Shown piece by piece: positions 19,565-29,361 of a stretch of DNA of 64,000 bases. The position numbers and the translations under genes were made by a program. The notes below the pieces were generated by a model, which saw nothing but the letters and a program-made list of their open reading frames with translations, did no database searches and had not been told where the DNA came from. Origin of the DNA: Candidatus Latescibacterota bacterium (GTDB lineage Bacteria; Latescibacterota; UBA2968; UBA8231); assembly GCA_965243025.1 (NCBI GenBank), contig CBDETY010000003.1:2528001-2592000 (forward strand), given 5' to 3'. Positions within the stretch are counted from its first letter, which is position 1, and the number at the start of each line of letters is the position of its first letter.

Positions 19565-21487
19565 ATGCCATCACTGTTTCTGCTTGCCGTCATCCTTGTT
19601 TTCCTGGGCGCGCGCGACATCCCGGGTGCGGTCCTCTACCGGGTCGGCGCACCCTTCACCGCCGCGGAAAAGGACAGTATCGAAGGCCTCGGGCTCGACT
19701 ACGTGGAGATCGACTGGTCGGTGGCCCAGCTGTTGGAAGCGGTCGAAATGGACTCGATTCAGGCCGGCTCCCTGCAGCCCAACTACTTCGACGAGGACGA
19801 GGACATCGCCGCGACGCTGTTGGACAGGGACGGATTCGTGGCCGGAACCGATCTCAGGTTCCGCTGGGGAGAAGTCGCCGCCAAAATGATCGACAAGGAT
19901 CCGACTACGGCCTACATCTGGCCGGCCGTCCCTCCCGAGGCGTTCAGCACCCTCGCCGGGAACCGATGGGCGGTCTTCCTCGATCTCGGCGGGGATTTCC
20001 TCGTGAGAGAAGTGAGATTCCGCACCCTGGAGGGCAGACCGGACCATTTCCTGGAACACTTCACCATCGGTGTCAGCGACGAGAGGGTCAGCAAGTTCCG
20101 GATTCCGCCGTTCACGACCGTGGCCGAGGTCAAGGAAAACACCGAGGCGGACATCCGCGTTGTTCTGAATTCACCCGTCAGCACCCGGTCCGTCTACATG
20201 CGCATCTTCCGGAAGACCGCCAAGGAGATCTCGGTCGGCGAGTTCGAGGTCTACGGGGGAGGTTTCGTCAGCAACGCGTCGTACGAATCCGACATAATCG
20301 ACCTCGGGGACATCGCCAACTGGGGGGAGATCAGGTGGTCGGGACGCAGGGACCCCCACGCCCGGATCGGGATCCGTACGCGTGCGGGCGCCGACCCGCA
20401 GCCGGAGGTTTACTGGGAGGTGCGGCCGGAGCAGCAGGACAGCATCCGGTTTCTCGGAGGAGGAGGGGACCTGAGCCTGACGGAGTACAAGCGGAAGTAC
20501 GAAAGACTGGCAAGCTATCTCAAGCCGGCGAGAGCCGAGGACAGCATAAGGCCCGACACCGAGAACTGGAGCTTCTGGTCGAGCGCCTACGAGTTCGATA
20601 ACCCCGGAGTGGACATCGTATCTCCGGGCCCCAGGCGGTTCCTCCAGATCAGGACCGATTTCCTGTCGACCGTTGAAGACGGAGGCAAGATCGACTACAT
20701 CGAATTCAAGGCCACCACCCCGCCGCTGGTCCGCGAGCTGAAGGGGGAGATTTCCCCGGTCGAGACCGAGGTCGGGAAGGCGACCCGGTTCACCTACTAC
20801 ATCAAACCGACGATTCTCGCCGAGGACATCGGTTTCGACGCGGTGGAGATTTCGACTCCGTCCGGGGTGGTTTCGGTCGACTCGCTGCGCCTGGACGAGG
20901 TCGATCAGCAGGATTTCTCCTGGACCATCCGCGATGACGGCCTGGGGTTCGAGCTGATGCTCCCGCACAGGCTGAAACCGGCCGACACCGGGACGCTGAT
21001 CGAGATCGATTTCAGGTCGACTGTGCTCAGGGAGGTCGGCACCCTGTTCGCCGGCCGGGTGTTCGACACCACGCGCCCCCACGAGGTGCGGCAGCGCATC
21101 CTGCCGGGAGAGGCCGCGCCGGAGATCGAGAGCGAGCGTCTTTCGGTGACGACCTCGCTCAGCGGCTCGCTCGTCTTCTCCCCCCTGGTGTCGCCGAATC
21201 CCTTCACCCCGAACGGCGACGGGATCAACGACGTCGTCCGCATCTCCTACAAGCTGCTGCGGGTCACCTCGGGCGTGCCGGTCGTCATCGAGATATACGA
21301 CCTCTCGGGAAGGCGCGTCAGAGAGGTCTATTCCGGGACCGACCCCCTCGGGGAGTACTCCCACAGCTGGGATGGAACCGATGACTCGGGCCGATCGGTC
21401 CCCCCCGGAATCTTCCTGTACCGGATCCTGGCGGACCTGCATTCGGGACAGGAGATCGACTCAGGCGTTCTCTCGGTAGCCTACTAG
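19565..21487 (+). CDS. Secreted protein with discoidin-like region and C-terminal FlgD Ig-like domain
   Basis: Signal peptide; SPNPFTPNGDGIND, IYDLSGRRV, WDGTDDSG, PPGIFLY. RBS AGGAG. Confidence 0.85.
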   Translation: MPSLFLLAVILVFLGARDIPGAVLYRVGAPFTAAEKDSIEGLGLDYVEIDWSVAQLLEAVEMDSIQAGSLQPNYFDEDEDIAATLLDRDGFVAGTDLRFRWGEVAAKMIDKDPTTAYIWPAVPPEAFSTLAGNRWAVFLDLGGDFLVREVRFRTLEGRPDHFLEHFTIGVSDERVSKFRIPPFTTVAEVKENTEADIRVVLNSPVSTRSVYMRIFRKTAKEISVGEFEVYGGGFVSNASYESDIIDLGDIANWGEIRWSGRRDPHARIGIRTRAGADPQPEVYWEVRPEQQDSIRFLGGGGDLSLTEYKRKYERLASYLKPARAEDSIRPDTENWSFWSSAYEFDNPGVDIVSPGPRRFLQIRTDFLSTVEDGGKIDYIEFKATTPPLVRELKGEISPVETEVGKATRFTYYIKPTILAEDIGFDAVEISTPSGVVSVDSLRLDEVDQQDFSWTIRDDGLGFELMLPHRLKPADTGTLIEIDFRSTVLREVGTLFAGRVFDTTRPHEVRQRILPGEAAPEIESERLSVTTSLSGSLVFSPLVSPNPFTPNGDGINDVVRISYKLLRVTSGVPVVIEIYDLSGRRVREVYSGTDPLGEYSHSWDGTDDSGRSVPPGIFLYRILADLHSGQEIDSGVLSVAY

Positions 21488-21650
21488 TGTCCCGTCGCAG
21501 AGATAGATTGACAAAATTGGGATGCCGAGGCGCCCGGCTCACAAGGCGCCTGAGCGAGTCGTACCGAGGGTGTACGGCGAGCGAAGGCAACGCCGTGAGC
21601 CGGGATGGATCGGCGTCCCAATGTCGACATATTTCTGCGACGGGACACTG
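21485..21650. mobile_element. MITE-like element, copy 2
   Basis: TA|GTGTCCCGTCGCAGAGATA ... TATTTCTGCGACGGGACAC|TG. 162 bp, only a few differences from copy 1. Confidence 0.8.
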
Positions 21651-21725
21651 GAACCGCGCCGACTGGCCGGCGATTCAGCAGCCGCGGGTCAGGCACTCCC
21701 GCGGTGCGCGGAACCCGCGAGAGGT

Positions 21726-22922
21726 TCAGGCAAAGATCGCGCGGCTGGCGATGCCGCAGCGGTACCCCTCCTCCTGGATTCCCCCGAGGAACTGGGCGGT
21801 GCGGCCGGCAGGCGCGGTGCCCTCGTACCAGGCGCTGAAGGAGCCGTTGAAGGTCTGGATCCACTCCCGGTCCGCGGCGGAATCGCCGCCGGCGACGACG
21901 TAGGCGTTGTTGAAGATGCCGTCCTGCTTCAGGCCGTTGCCCCCCGCTTCCCGGATGCGGCCGTCGAGCGACCCCAGGAGGGCTCCGGCGTCGTCGCCCC
22001 CGGCGGCGCTCAACAGCACCTCGGTCAGGCCGCCGTACTTCAGCGCCGTCCAGGTGCTGAAGCCGTCGGCGGTCTCGCCGGAGCGCACGATCTCCGCCTC
22101 CCCCGAAACCAGGCGCGGCTGGATCTCGACCTGCCCCTTCTCCAGGGGGATCCTCGAAACCGGGTAGATCAGGCCCGCCGGCCGCGCGTCGCCGTAGTAC
22201 TCCTCGACGAGCTTGCGGACGATCTCCACGCGCTCCCAGGCCTCGCCCGGGGCGTAGTCGGCGGCGACCATGATCTCGATCCACGCGGTCTGCTTCTTCA
22301 TGTCGACGCCGGCCTCTGCGAACGGCTTCTCCAGCTGTTCCTCGAGGATGAAGGCCGCTTCCTCGGCGATGCCGCCACCAAGTGTGTCGACCATTTCCCC
22401 GCCGGCCTCGTGCAGCACCGTCTTGCCGCTCGGGTGGTGGTCGATCCAGTACCCGTGATCGATGTCGACGCTTCCGGAAAGCGACACCCCCGCTCCCTTG
22501 ACCGCCTTGATCTGCACCTCGAACAGCGCCGCCGGGTCGGGGAACCCCTCCGGGTGGGTGTGGCGCGCCATGCGGTTGGAGCGCAGGGGGCCGCCGGTGA
22601 CCGCCTCGATCATCGCCGCGTACACCTCGTTGAAGGCGTTCTTCTGCTCGTCGCAGGGCTCCCAGCCGCTCGACGGGGTCGTCCACAGGACGTCGGTCTT
22701 GTACACGTCCGACCAGTGCGCGCCGCATACCTCGAGGCCGGCGTTGAGGTTCTCGATCGTCCCCAGCCACTGGCTGCCGACGTCGGCCGGGTACTGGGTG
22801 CCGACGTTGCCGCTGGGCTCGATCAGCCGGAAGACGTTCTCCCTGTCGTCCTTGAGGATGACCTCGGTCGGGTTGGAAAAGATGGCGATCGGGTTGTGGC
22901 GGATGATGCTTACCTGGGCCAT
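21726..22922 (-). CDS. Protein with three tandem RidA/YjgF-like domains
   Basis: Three ~130-aa units, e.g. SGNVG..Q...NL...L..G...DV.K...FNEVY...LFEVQ; EEYYGDARPA...VEIQ; FNGSFSAWY..PAGRT. Confidence 0.6.
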   Translation of the reverse strand: MAQVSIIRHNPIAIFSNPTEVILKDDRENVFRLIEPSGNVGTQYPADVGSQWLGTIENLNAGLEVCGAHWSDVYKTDVLWTTPSSGWEPCDEQKNAFNEVYAAMIEAVTGGPLRSNRMARHTHPEGFPDPAALFEVQIKAVKGAGVSLSGSVDIDHGYWIDHHPSGKTVLHEAGGEMVDTLGGGIAEEAAFILEEQLEKPFAEAGVDMKKQTAWIEIMVAADYAPGEAWERVEIVRKLVEEYYGDARPAGLIYPVSRIPLEKGQVEIQPRLVSGEAEIVRSGETADGFSTWTALKYGGLTEVLLSAAGGDDAGALLGSLDGRIREAGGNGLKQDGIFNNAYVVAGGDSAADREWIQTFNGSFSAWYEGTAPAGRTAQFLGGIQEEGYRCGIASRAIFA

Positions 22923-22970
22923 TGGGGCGGTCCTTTTCTGGTTGGGTCGGTTGGTGTTTGAAGGGGGTAC

Positions 22971-22999
22971 ATCATCGGGGGCGGGGGTACATGGTGCAA
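22971..22999 (-). promoter_or_regulatory. Putative sigma70 promoter for 21726-22922
   Basis: Minus strand TTGCAC-17 nt-GATGAT, about 50 bp upstream of the ATG. Confidence 0.35.
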
Positions 23000-23124
23000 G
23001 TACGTGGAGGTCCGGGGAGACCCGGGTGACCTGGTTTTCGACGGGCTCGGGACCTTCCCCTGGCTTGAGAGAAGCTCAGGATGCCTGACTGCAGCTCAGC
23101 TTTTTCAGGGGGGTGATTCGGCTG

Positions 23125-26100
23125 CTAGTCCAGCAACCCGCCGAGCGCCGATGCGGCTTCCCAGGCGGTGTCAGACTCGGCGAGCTGTTGGCGCTGGGTA
23201 CCCGTGAGCCACCTGGTCCGGGTTCCTGTAGCGTCGCGAGTGACCGCGAGGACATGGTCGATCTGTTCGGCAACCGCCCGGACGTGGGAGATCACTCCCA
23301 CCATGCGTCCCCTGGCCGCGACCGTTCCCAGCGCCTGGATGGCGGCGTCGAGGTTGTTGCGGTCCAGCGACCCGAATCCCTCGTCGAGGAAAAGCGATTC
23401 CAGCCTTCCACCGCTGCGCGCCATCATCTCCACCATGCCGAGAGCGAGAGAAAGTGAGGCGATGAACTGCTCCCCTCCGGAAAGGCTCGCTGGGGAGCGC
23501 GCCTGTCCGGAATCCCGATCGAGGACCCGCCACCGCTCTTCCGTTTCTCCGGGGTCGACGAAAGCGTACTTGCCTGCGCTCATCTCATCGAGGAGGCGGG
23601 AGGCATGGACCAGCAGCCGTCGTGACCTCCGCAGGGTCAGCCATTTCAGGAAAGCCCCTGGTTTGAGGGCATCCTCGAGGTCGGCGAGCGCTCGTTCCCT
23701 TTCCTCGACTTCCGCGAGCAGCGCGCGGAGTCCCAGGACGTCATCGATGATCGCCGAGAAACGGTCTGCCGACTCCCTTGTGCGGCGCTCCTGGAAGCCG
23801 GCATCGTTCGCGCGGTTACCTGCGGTTTCCACGATTGCATCCAGGTCGCGGACGTCGAGCTCCGGGTCGAGCCGTTCTGCGATCGCCGCGAGCTCCGCAC
23901 GGGCGCTTACCACCCTGTCGGAAGCCTCTTGCAATTGCCGATTCGCGGCGCGAACTGCCTCCGCCGTCATGGCTCGAAGCGCGTCGATGTTTCCCTGCAG
24001 CGCCTCGACGTCACGCTCATAAACCACTGGCGGAACCTCTGCTTCGAGCCCCAACCGACTGACCGACTCTACAAGGACGTCGCGGTGTGCAGTGAGGTCG
24101 CGGACGATCTCTTCGAGCGGTGCTTCTACTTCCTCGCCTCGCCGGCTCTCCAGGACCGATCGCGCGTTGCGTACATCGGCCAGCTCCACCTCCAACCGTT
24201 GTCGTTCGGAGTCCCGTTCCGCCAAAACTTGTGCCCGCTCCCGTGCCGAGTCCGTCTGCGCGTCCACCGGACTTGCGTCCACCTGGACCAGATCGGCGGG
24301 GTCGTCGGGCAGATCGAGTGATGGCCGGTATGCCGGTGGCACGGTACGAACCGCCTCCCTCAGCCGCTCCAGAGCATCGCCCGCCGCCGTACGCGCGTGT
24401 TCGACCAACTTACCGGCGTTGGCCGCCTCCGTACGGGCGACGGTAGCGGCTGTCTCCTTGCGGGTCGCTTCCAAGCGAAGTTCCTCTGTTTCCCGCTCGT
24501 GCTCCGCCAGCCGACCCTCTGCTTCAGTGCAGGCGGACTCGAATGGGGCGAGCAAGGCACCGCGCTTGGGTACGGGCGCCTGTTCACCAAAATCGACGTG
24601 CCGGGCAAGCTCCTGGCGCGCCTCCGTCAGCATCGTTCGGGCTCCAGCGAATCGATCTTCGGAATCCGCGATCTGGCGCTCGATCCCCGCCTGTTCCGTA
24701 CCGAGCCTGGTAACCGCCTGCTCCGCTTGGCGAGCAGCCTGGCGCGAAGCTTCGGCTATCTGCTCCGCTTCGTTCAGCAGGGCTCCCTCGGGGGGCTCCC
24801 AGTCGCCCGGAAGGTCGCGGCGGCAGATCGGGCACTCGTCGCCGGAATGCAGGCCGTGGGCGGCGGACGCAGCCGACTCCGATCGTCTCGCCTCCTCCAG
24901 ATGCTCCTGGGCCTCCGCGGCCGTCCCGCTGGCGCGCCGTTCCTCCTCCTGAGCGGATTCCAAGCGCTGCACGCACGCGGCTTCTTCCGTCCGGAGCATT
25001 TCAAGCTGCTTCCGGGCTTCGTCCAGAACGGTCCCCCGTTCTTCGTGCAGGGAGTACTTCTGGTCGACCTCTGTGCGGCGTTCCTGCGCGCTGTCGACTG
25101 CTTCGGTGAGTGGACCTCGTTTTTCGGCATGCCCTTCCGCCCTTTCCCCGGCCCGCTCAGCCTCATAAGTCAGGTGTTGCGCATGGGCATGTTTGCGCGA
25201 GGCCGCTTTGTCTGCGGCGCGAAATCCCCGGGATGCGTTTTCGCTGTCCGCGACCAGGCGGCCCATGCCCCCCAACGCCGTCAGGGCCGCCGCCACTTCC
25301 CCGCTCGTGGGACCGTCGTCCGAGGGGATGCGCGCCAGCTCATCCTCCAGGTTTTCCTGCCGTTGTTTAAGGACGGCTTCTTCTTCCCCGAGCTGCCGTT
25401 CAATCGCGGCGATCGGCGCCAGCCTGCGGGCCGCCCCTTCGGTATCCAGGGCGCGCATCCGTTCGATGACACCTGAGGCCGTTTGCTGCACCTCTTCAGC
25501 GGCAAGAACGGTAACGCGTGCGGTGATTGCGGCCCGTTCGTCCCCGGATGCAGCGGCGGCAAGATCGCGGGCTTCGGCGAAGGCCTCCTGAAGCTTCTCC
25601 AGGTGCCTTTCCGGATCTTCGGGATGAAGTGAAGCCTCATGCTCCAGCCGGACCCGCAAGTCGTGAGTTCCCTGGCGTGCCTGGCCTGCGAGCGTCCCCG
25701 CCTCTTCGAGCTCGTCGGTGCGCCAGACCTGCCGGAGGATCTGGCTCCGGACCCCCGGCTCGTCCTCTACCAGCAAGCGGGCGAAACGGCCTTGCGGAAG
25801 AACGACCGTGCGGAGAAACGCGCTGCTGTCGAGCCCGAGGAGATCCTCGATGCGCTCGTTGACGCGCCGGACCTGCTCAATCTGCTCGACCGTCGCGTCG
25901 TCGTCATCGATGCTTCGAAGCAGCGCGCGAACCTGCCCGACGTCCCCCTGGCCGCCGCGGCGCAGGGTTCGGGCCACCTCCCATGTCTCGCCCGACACCC
26001 GGAACCGGAGCACGACCCTCAGATGGGTCGAAGTGTCGTTCATCAGCTCCTGGTTCACCTGGGACGCGAATGTCGTCTGCCCGTACAGGGCATAGGTGAT

Positions 26101-26232
26101 CGCCTCCAGGATGGAGGACTTTCCCGCACCGGTATCTCCGACGATTGCGACATGGTCCCGCCCGGTGAAGTCGATGGACTCCGGGGCCCTGAACGACCGC
26201 AGCCCTTCGACGGTGAGCTTGAGTGGGCGCAT
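23125..26232 (-). CDS. sbcC: SbcC/Rad50 SMC-like ATPase
   Basis: Walker A GDTGAGKS, Q-loop LPQG, long coiled coils, zinc hook CPIC, signature LSGGE, Walker B/D-loop FLDEGFGSLD, H-loop ISH. Confidence 0.95.
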   Translation of the reverse strand: MRPLKLTVEGLRSFRAPESIDFTGRDHVAIVGDTGAGKSSILEAITYALYGQTTFASQVNQELMNDTSTHLRVVLRFRVSGETWEVARTLRRGGQGDVGQVRALLRSIDDDDATVEQIEQVRRVNERIEDLLGLDSSAFLRTVVLPQGRFARLLVEDEPGVRSQILRQVWRTDELEEAGTLAGQARQGTHDLRVRLEHEASLHPEDPERHLEKLQEAFAEARDLAAAASGDERAAITARVTVLAAEEVQQTASGVIERMRALDTEGAARRLAPIAAIERQLGEEEAVLKQRQENLEDELARIPSDDGPTSGEVAAALTALGGMGRLVADSENASRGFRAADKAASRKHAHAQHLTYEAERAGERAEGHAEKRGPLTEAVDSAQERRTEVDQKYSLHEERGTVLDEARKQLEMLRTEEAACVQRLESAQEEERRASGTAAEAQEHLEEARRSESAASAAHGLHSGDECPICRRDLPGDWEPPEGALLNEAEQIAEASRQAARQAEQAVTRLGTEQAGIERQIADSEDRFAGARTMLTEARQELARHVDFGEQAPVPKRGALLAPFESACTEAEGRLAEHERETEELRLEATRKETAATVARTEAANAGKLVEHARTAAGDALERLREAVRTVPPAYRPSLDLPDDPADLVQVDASPVDAQTDSARERAQVLAERDSERQRLEVELADVRNARSVLESRRGEEVEAPLEEIVRDLTAHRDVLVESVSRLGLEAEVPPVVYERDVEALQGNIDALRAMTAEAVRAANRQLQEASDRVVSARAELAAIAERLDPELDVRDLDAIVETAGNRANDAGFQERRTRESADRFSAIIDDVLGLRALLAEVEERERALADLEDALKPGAFLKWLTLRRSRRLLVHASRLLDEMSAGKYAFVDPGETEERWRVLDRDSGQARSPASLSGGEQFIASLSLALGMVEMMARSGGRLESLFLDEGFGSLDRNNLDAAIQALGTVAARGRMVGVISHVRAVAEQIDHVLAVTRDATGTRTRWLTGTQRQQLAESDTAWEAASALGGLLD

Positions 26233-26233
26233 T

Positions 26234-27508
26234 TCAGCCCCTGCTGGAGTCCCGGACCGAGGCCAGGCGGTCGAGGATCTCCTGCGTACTCGATGCGAGC
26301 GGAGTCAGCCCGAAATCGGGTCTCGTTTCCTGACCCACACCGCCCAACGCCTGCGAAAAGAGCGTGGCCACGGTATCGTGCGGCGCCCTGATCCCGCGCG
26401 CCCCGGTTGTACGCCACTCCATGAACAGGTCCTCGAGTTCAGGTTCTTCCTGACTTTCCGAATCCGGGTCTATTGCCGTTACCGGCTGGTTCTCAATGAC
26501 ATTGACGATTTCGAAAACCGCGCAGTTCGGCGACCATTCCGCCAGCCGGTCCGCCAGGTCCGGAATCGGATCGCCGGAAACCACCCGCGCCTTCAGGATG
26601 CACTCGTCGAAACCCCCGTTTGCGGCGCAATCCTCAAGTTCCGCCAGGGTGCCGGCAAACTCTTCGAGGGGCCGTCCGCACGGCAGGCCGCGGGTGTCCA
26701 CCTGCACGCCCTCACCGATCGTCACCAGCACCGCCTGCTTGGTCTGCTCGCGCTCGCCGAAGTCCAATGGGATCAGCGAGCCGGCGTACCGTCCTTGCGC
26801 CTGTCCTCCGGGCAGGAGCTGCGCGTCATGAAGGTGTCCGAAGGCGCAGTACAACGCCCGCTGGAGCCCTTCGACGTGCGTGGCGTAGTCCTCCCCCACG
26901 GTTATCCGCCGTTCCGATCTGCCGGGCCGGGCGTCATGCACGAACAGGTGGGCAGCGTAGAGGACGATCCCCCGTTTGCCCGCGCGCTGATGCGCTTCAT
27001 CGAGCAGACCCTCGTTGATGGTCCTGATGCCGTCGGCGTAGATGCCCTCGAACAGGGACGGATCGCCGGTCGCGTAGTCGGCGATGGCGCTGGGTGCGAT
27101 GAACGGAACGCATGCCACGGCGACCGGCACCTCGGCGACCTTTGGATACTCCGGGGCGTCGGGATACTCAACCACCCCGGGCCGGGTAATCAGCCGCAGC
27201 CGCCTGGGGCTGGCCGCCCCTGCAAGCTCGTCGATCACCCGCAGCAGAACGGACGAGTCGTGATTGCCCGCCAGCACCAGCGTCGGTGCGATCGCCGCCA
27301 GGCGCTTCAGCGCCTTGACGCCGAGCTCCAGCGCCTCATGGGGAGGACGCGAGGCGTCGAAGAGATCCCCGGTGTGCAGGATCAGGTCCGGTTCCGCAGA
27401 CTCTGCAAGGTCGAGAAGTCCGCGGAGGGCCTCCACCTGGTCGGGGGTGCGGTCGTGCCGGCCGAGCTTCGCCCCCAGGTGCCAGTCGGAGGTGTGAAGC
27501 AGCTTCAC
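26234..27508 (-). CDS. sbcD: SbcD/Mre11 nuclease
   Basis: HTSDWHLG, GDLFD, GNHD, AHLF, FGHLH, YAGS. Confidence 0.95.
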   Translation of the reverse strand: MKLLHTSDWHLGAKLGRHDRTPDQVEALRGLLDLAESAEPDLILHTGDLFDASRPPHEALELGVKALKRLAAIAPTLVLAGNHDSSVLLRVIDELAGAASPRRLRLITRPGVVEYPDAPEYPKVAEVPVAVACVPFIAPSAIADYATGDPSLFEGIYADGIRTINEGLLDEAHQRAGKRGIVLYAAHLFVHDARPGRSERRITVGEDYATHVEGLQRALYCAFGHLHDAQLLPGGQAQGRYAGSLIPLDFGEREQTKQAVLVTIGEGVQVDTRGLPCGRPLEEFAGTLAELEDCAANGGFDECILKARVVSGDPIPDLADRLAEWSPNCAVFEIVNVIENQPVTAIDPDSESQEEPELEDLFMEWRTTGARGIRAPHDTVATLFSQALGGVGQETRPDFGLTPLASSTQEILDRLASVRDSSRG

Positions 27509-29328
27509 AGATCAACCCGGGGACCGTCCAGGGCTTCGAGGTTCCCCTCGATCCGGCGCACCTGTGCCTGCTGGCCCTCGTGGTCGGACACGGCTTCATC
27601 CGGGTTGGTCGCGAACGGCGGGAAGGGAAAACGGATCGGGATCGGCTCCGGCACTATGGGCTGGGACGCAACCATTGTTCCCGGCATGAAGCGGGTGGCG
27701 CGGTCGCGCAGCGCCGGAGTGAGGAACCGGTACGCCTCGGACTCGCTGGCATCCAGCCGCCCGGCGACCTTCAGCGAGGCGTTGCGGGGAAGCGCCTGGG
27801 CCACTGCGGAGGCTGCCTGCTGCGCGCCGATCAGCAGCACTCCCAGAGAGCGGCCGCGTTCGGCGATATCCACAAGGAGTTCCTTCAGGGGGGAGAATCC
27901 CTGGGCCGGGGCGTACTTGTTGAGCTCGTCGAGCACCACGAAGCGCAACGGCAGGCGGCCGGTGCCCTGCTTCTCGCGCCAGATCCGTTCCAGCAGCGCG
28001 CCCACAACGAAGCGCTGGGCGTCGTCGTGGAGGGTCGAGATGTCGACGACATGGAGCTTCGCGTTCTCCGACGAGACCGGCTCGAGACCACACCCGATCA
28101 GGGGGCCGATATGGCGGCGAAGCCGTAAGAGCCTCCGGAGAAATGCCTGCCGTGTGCCCTGCTGTGTGCGGCCGAACCACTCGTCGAGCACCGCCTCGTC
28201 CTCCTCGGAGGCGACGCCTTCCAACAGGTCGATGAGGTCGCCGAAGTCACGGACCAGATGCCCGGCCCCCGAGGCCACCTGATCGGGTTCTCGTTCGGCG
28301 AGGCGGTCGGGGTTGTAGCTGGTGTTGGGAGGTACTGCATGGGCGATCACCACAGCTCCGGAGGAGTCTCCTTCCAGCCTCCGGAGCCGCCGCAGGAGCT
28401 GAATCCGGACCTGCTGCTCCACGAAGCCGACCTGGGTAAAACGCTCGTCTTCGGATGTGAAGCAGAACTGCAGGAGCTGCTCGCGGATGAACTGCTCCGG
28501 AGTCCAGCCGTAGGGGTTCACGTCCGCGGTATTGCGGGTCCTGACGTTGGAGACGGCATTCTGCGACGCACCGGATTGGCGGGGAGCGTATAGACGGACC
28601 GACCGGAACGGCCCGGGATTATCAATGCCCAGGGCGTGCCATTTTTCGATCTCTTCCGGTTTTTCGGGAAACTCGGCGTTGATGCGGTCCAGGTGGAGGA
28701 GATCCTCACCTTTTGTATTGAATACGAGCGCCCGGACGCTTTCCCGCCCGGCCCTCCCTCCCAGCAGATCCATGCCTTGCCCGGTCTCCAGGAGTTGGTA
28801 GAGCAGGAACAAGGCATAGGAGGTCTTCGTAGCGACTCCCGAAATCCCCGAGATCGAGACGTGACCTCCCGAACGCCCATCGACGAAGCGCATGTCGGCA
28901 TATACGGGAGTCCCTCCCAGGTCGAGGCCCAGGGGCAGCTTGCCGCGGGTCATCTCGTCCTCGAAGAGGGCGACCTCCCGGTGTTCTCCCGCTGCGAGTG
29001 CCACCACCGCCCCTGCGTTTGGAGCGAGGAAAAGTTCGGGCCGCACCCGCAGTACACGTACCTCCGCTCTCCGAACGAGCTCCGCGGGAAGGGTCCGGTC
29101 GATGACGCGGCCAGTGTCGGAGGGAAGCTCGGCCCCCTCGAAGCGGGAAAGCAGCTCGGTGACAATGCCGTAGTGGATCACCTCCCGCCCGTCGGGAAGC
29201 TCGGTGGAAACGGTGACCAGCTCGTCGAGCTGGATTACCGTGTCCGCGTCCAGCACGACATGGAACGTCCTGGAGTCGCTGTCCACCGAGCCGTCGACCA
29301 GCCCGATGCGTTTGGACTCACCGCTCAT
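27505..29328 (-). CDS. herA: HerA (FtsK/HerA family) DNA translocase with N-terminal HAS barrel
   Basis: Variant Walker A GISGVATKTS, FNTKGEDL, Walker B VVLDELNKYAP, RGRSLG arginine finger, AQQ. Confidence 0.92.
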   Translation of the reverse strand: MSGESKRIGLVDGSVDSDSRTFHVVLDADTVIQLDELVTVSTELPDGREVIHYGIVTELLSRFEGAELPSDTGRVIDRTLPAELVRRAEVRVLRVRPELFLAPNAGAVVALAAGEHREVALFEDEMTRGKLPLGLDLGGTPVYADMRFVDGRSGGHVSISGISGVATKTSYALFLLYQLLETGQGMDLLGGRAGRESVRALVFNTKGEDLLHLDRINAEFPEKPEEIEKWHALGIDNPGPFRSVRLYAPRQSGASQNAVSNVRTRNTADVNPYGWTPEQFIREQLLQFCFTSEDERFTQVGFVEQQVRIQLLRRLRRLEGDSSGAVVIAHAVPPNTSYNPDRLAEREPDQVASGAGHLVRDFGDLIDLLEGVASEEDEAVLDEWFGRTQQGTRQAFLRRLLRLRRHIGPLIGCGLEPVSSENAKLHVVDISTLHDDAQRFVVGALLERIWREKQGTGRLPLRFVVLDELNKYAPAQGFSPLKELLVDIAERGRSLGVLLIGAQQAASAVAQALPRNASLKVAGRLDASESEAYRFLTPALRDRATRFMPGTMVASQPIVPEPIPIRFPFPPFATNPDEAVSDHEGQQAQVRRIEGNLEALDGPRVDL

Positions 29329-29361
29329 ACTGCAATCTTCCCTTCCATCTTTCTCTCGCGC

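Noticed and set aside
17199-19574. 791-aa ORF
   Set aside because: Only the last 365 codons (SGNH hydrolase) look real; the rest is an off-frame read through the DHDPS gene.
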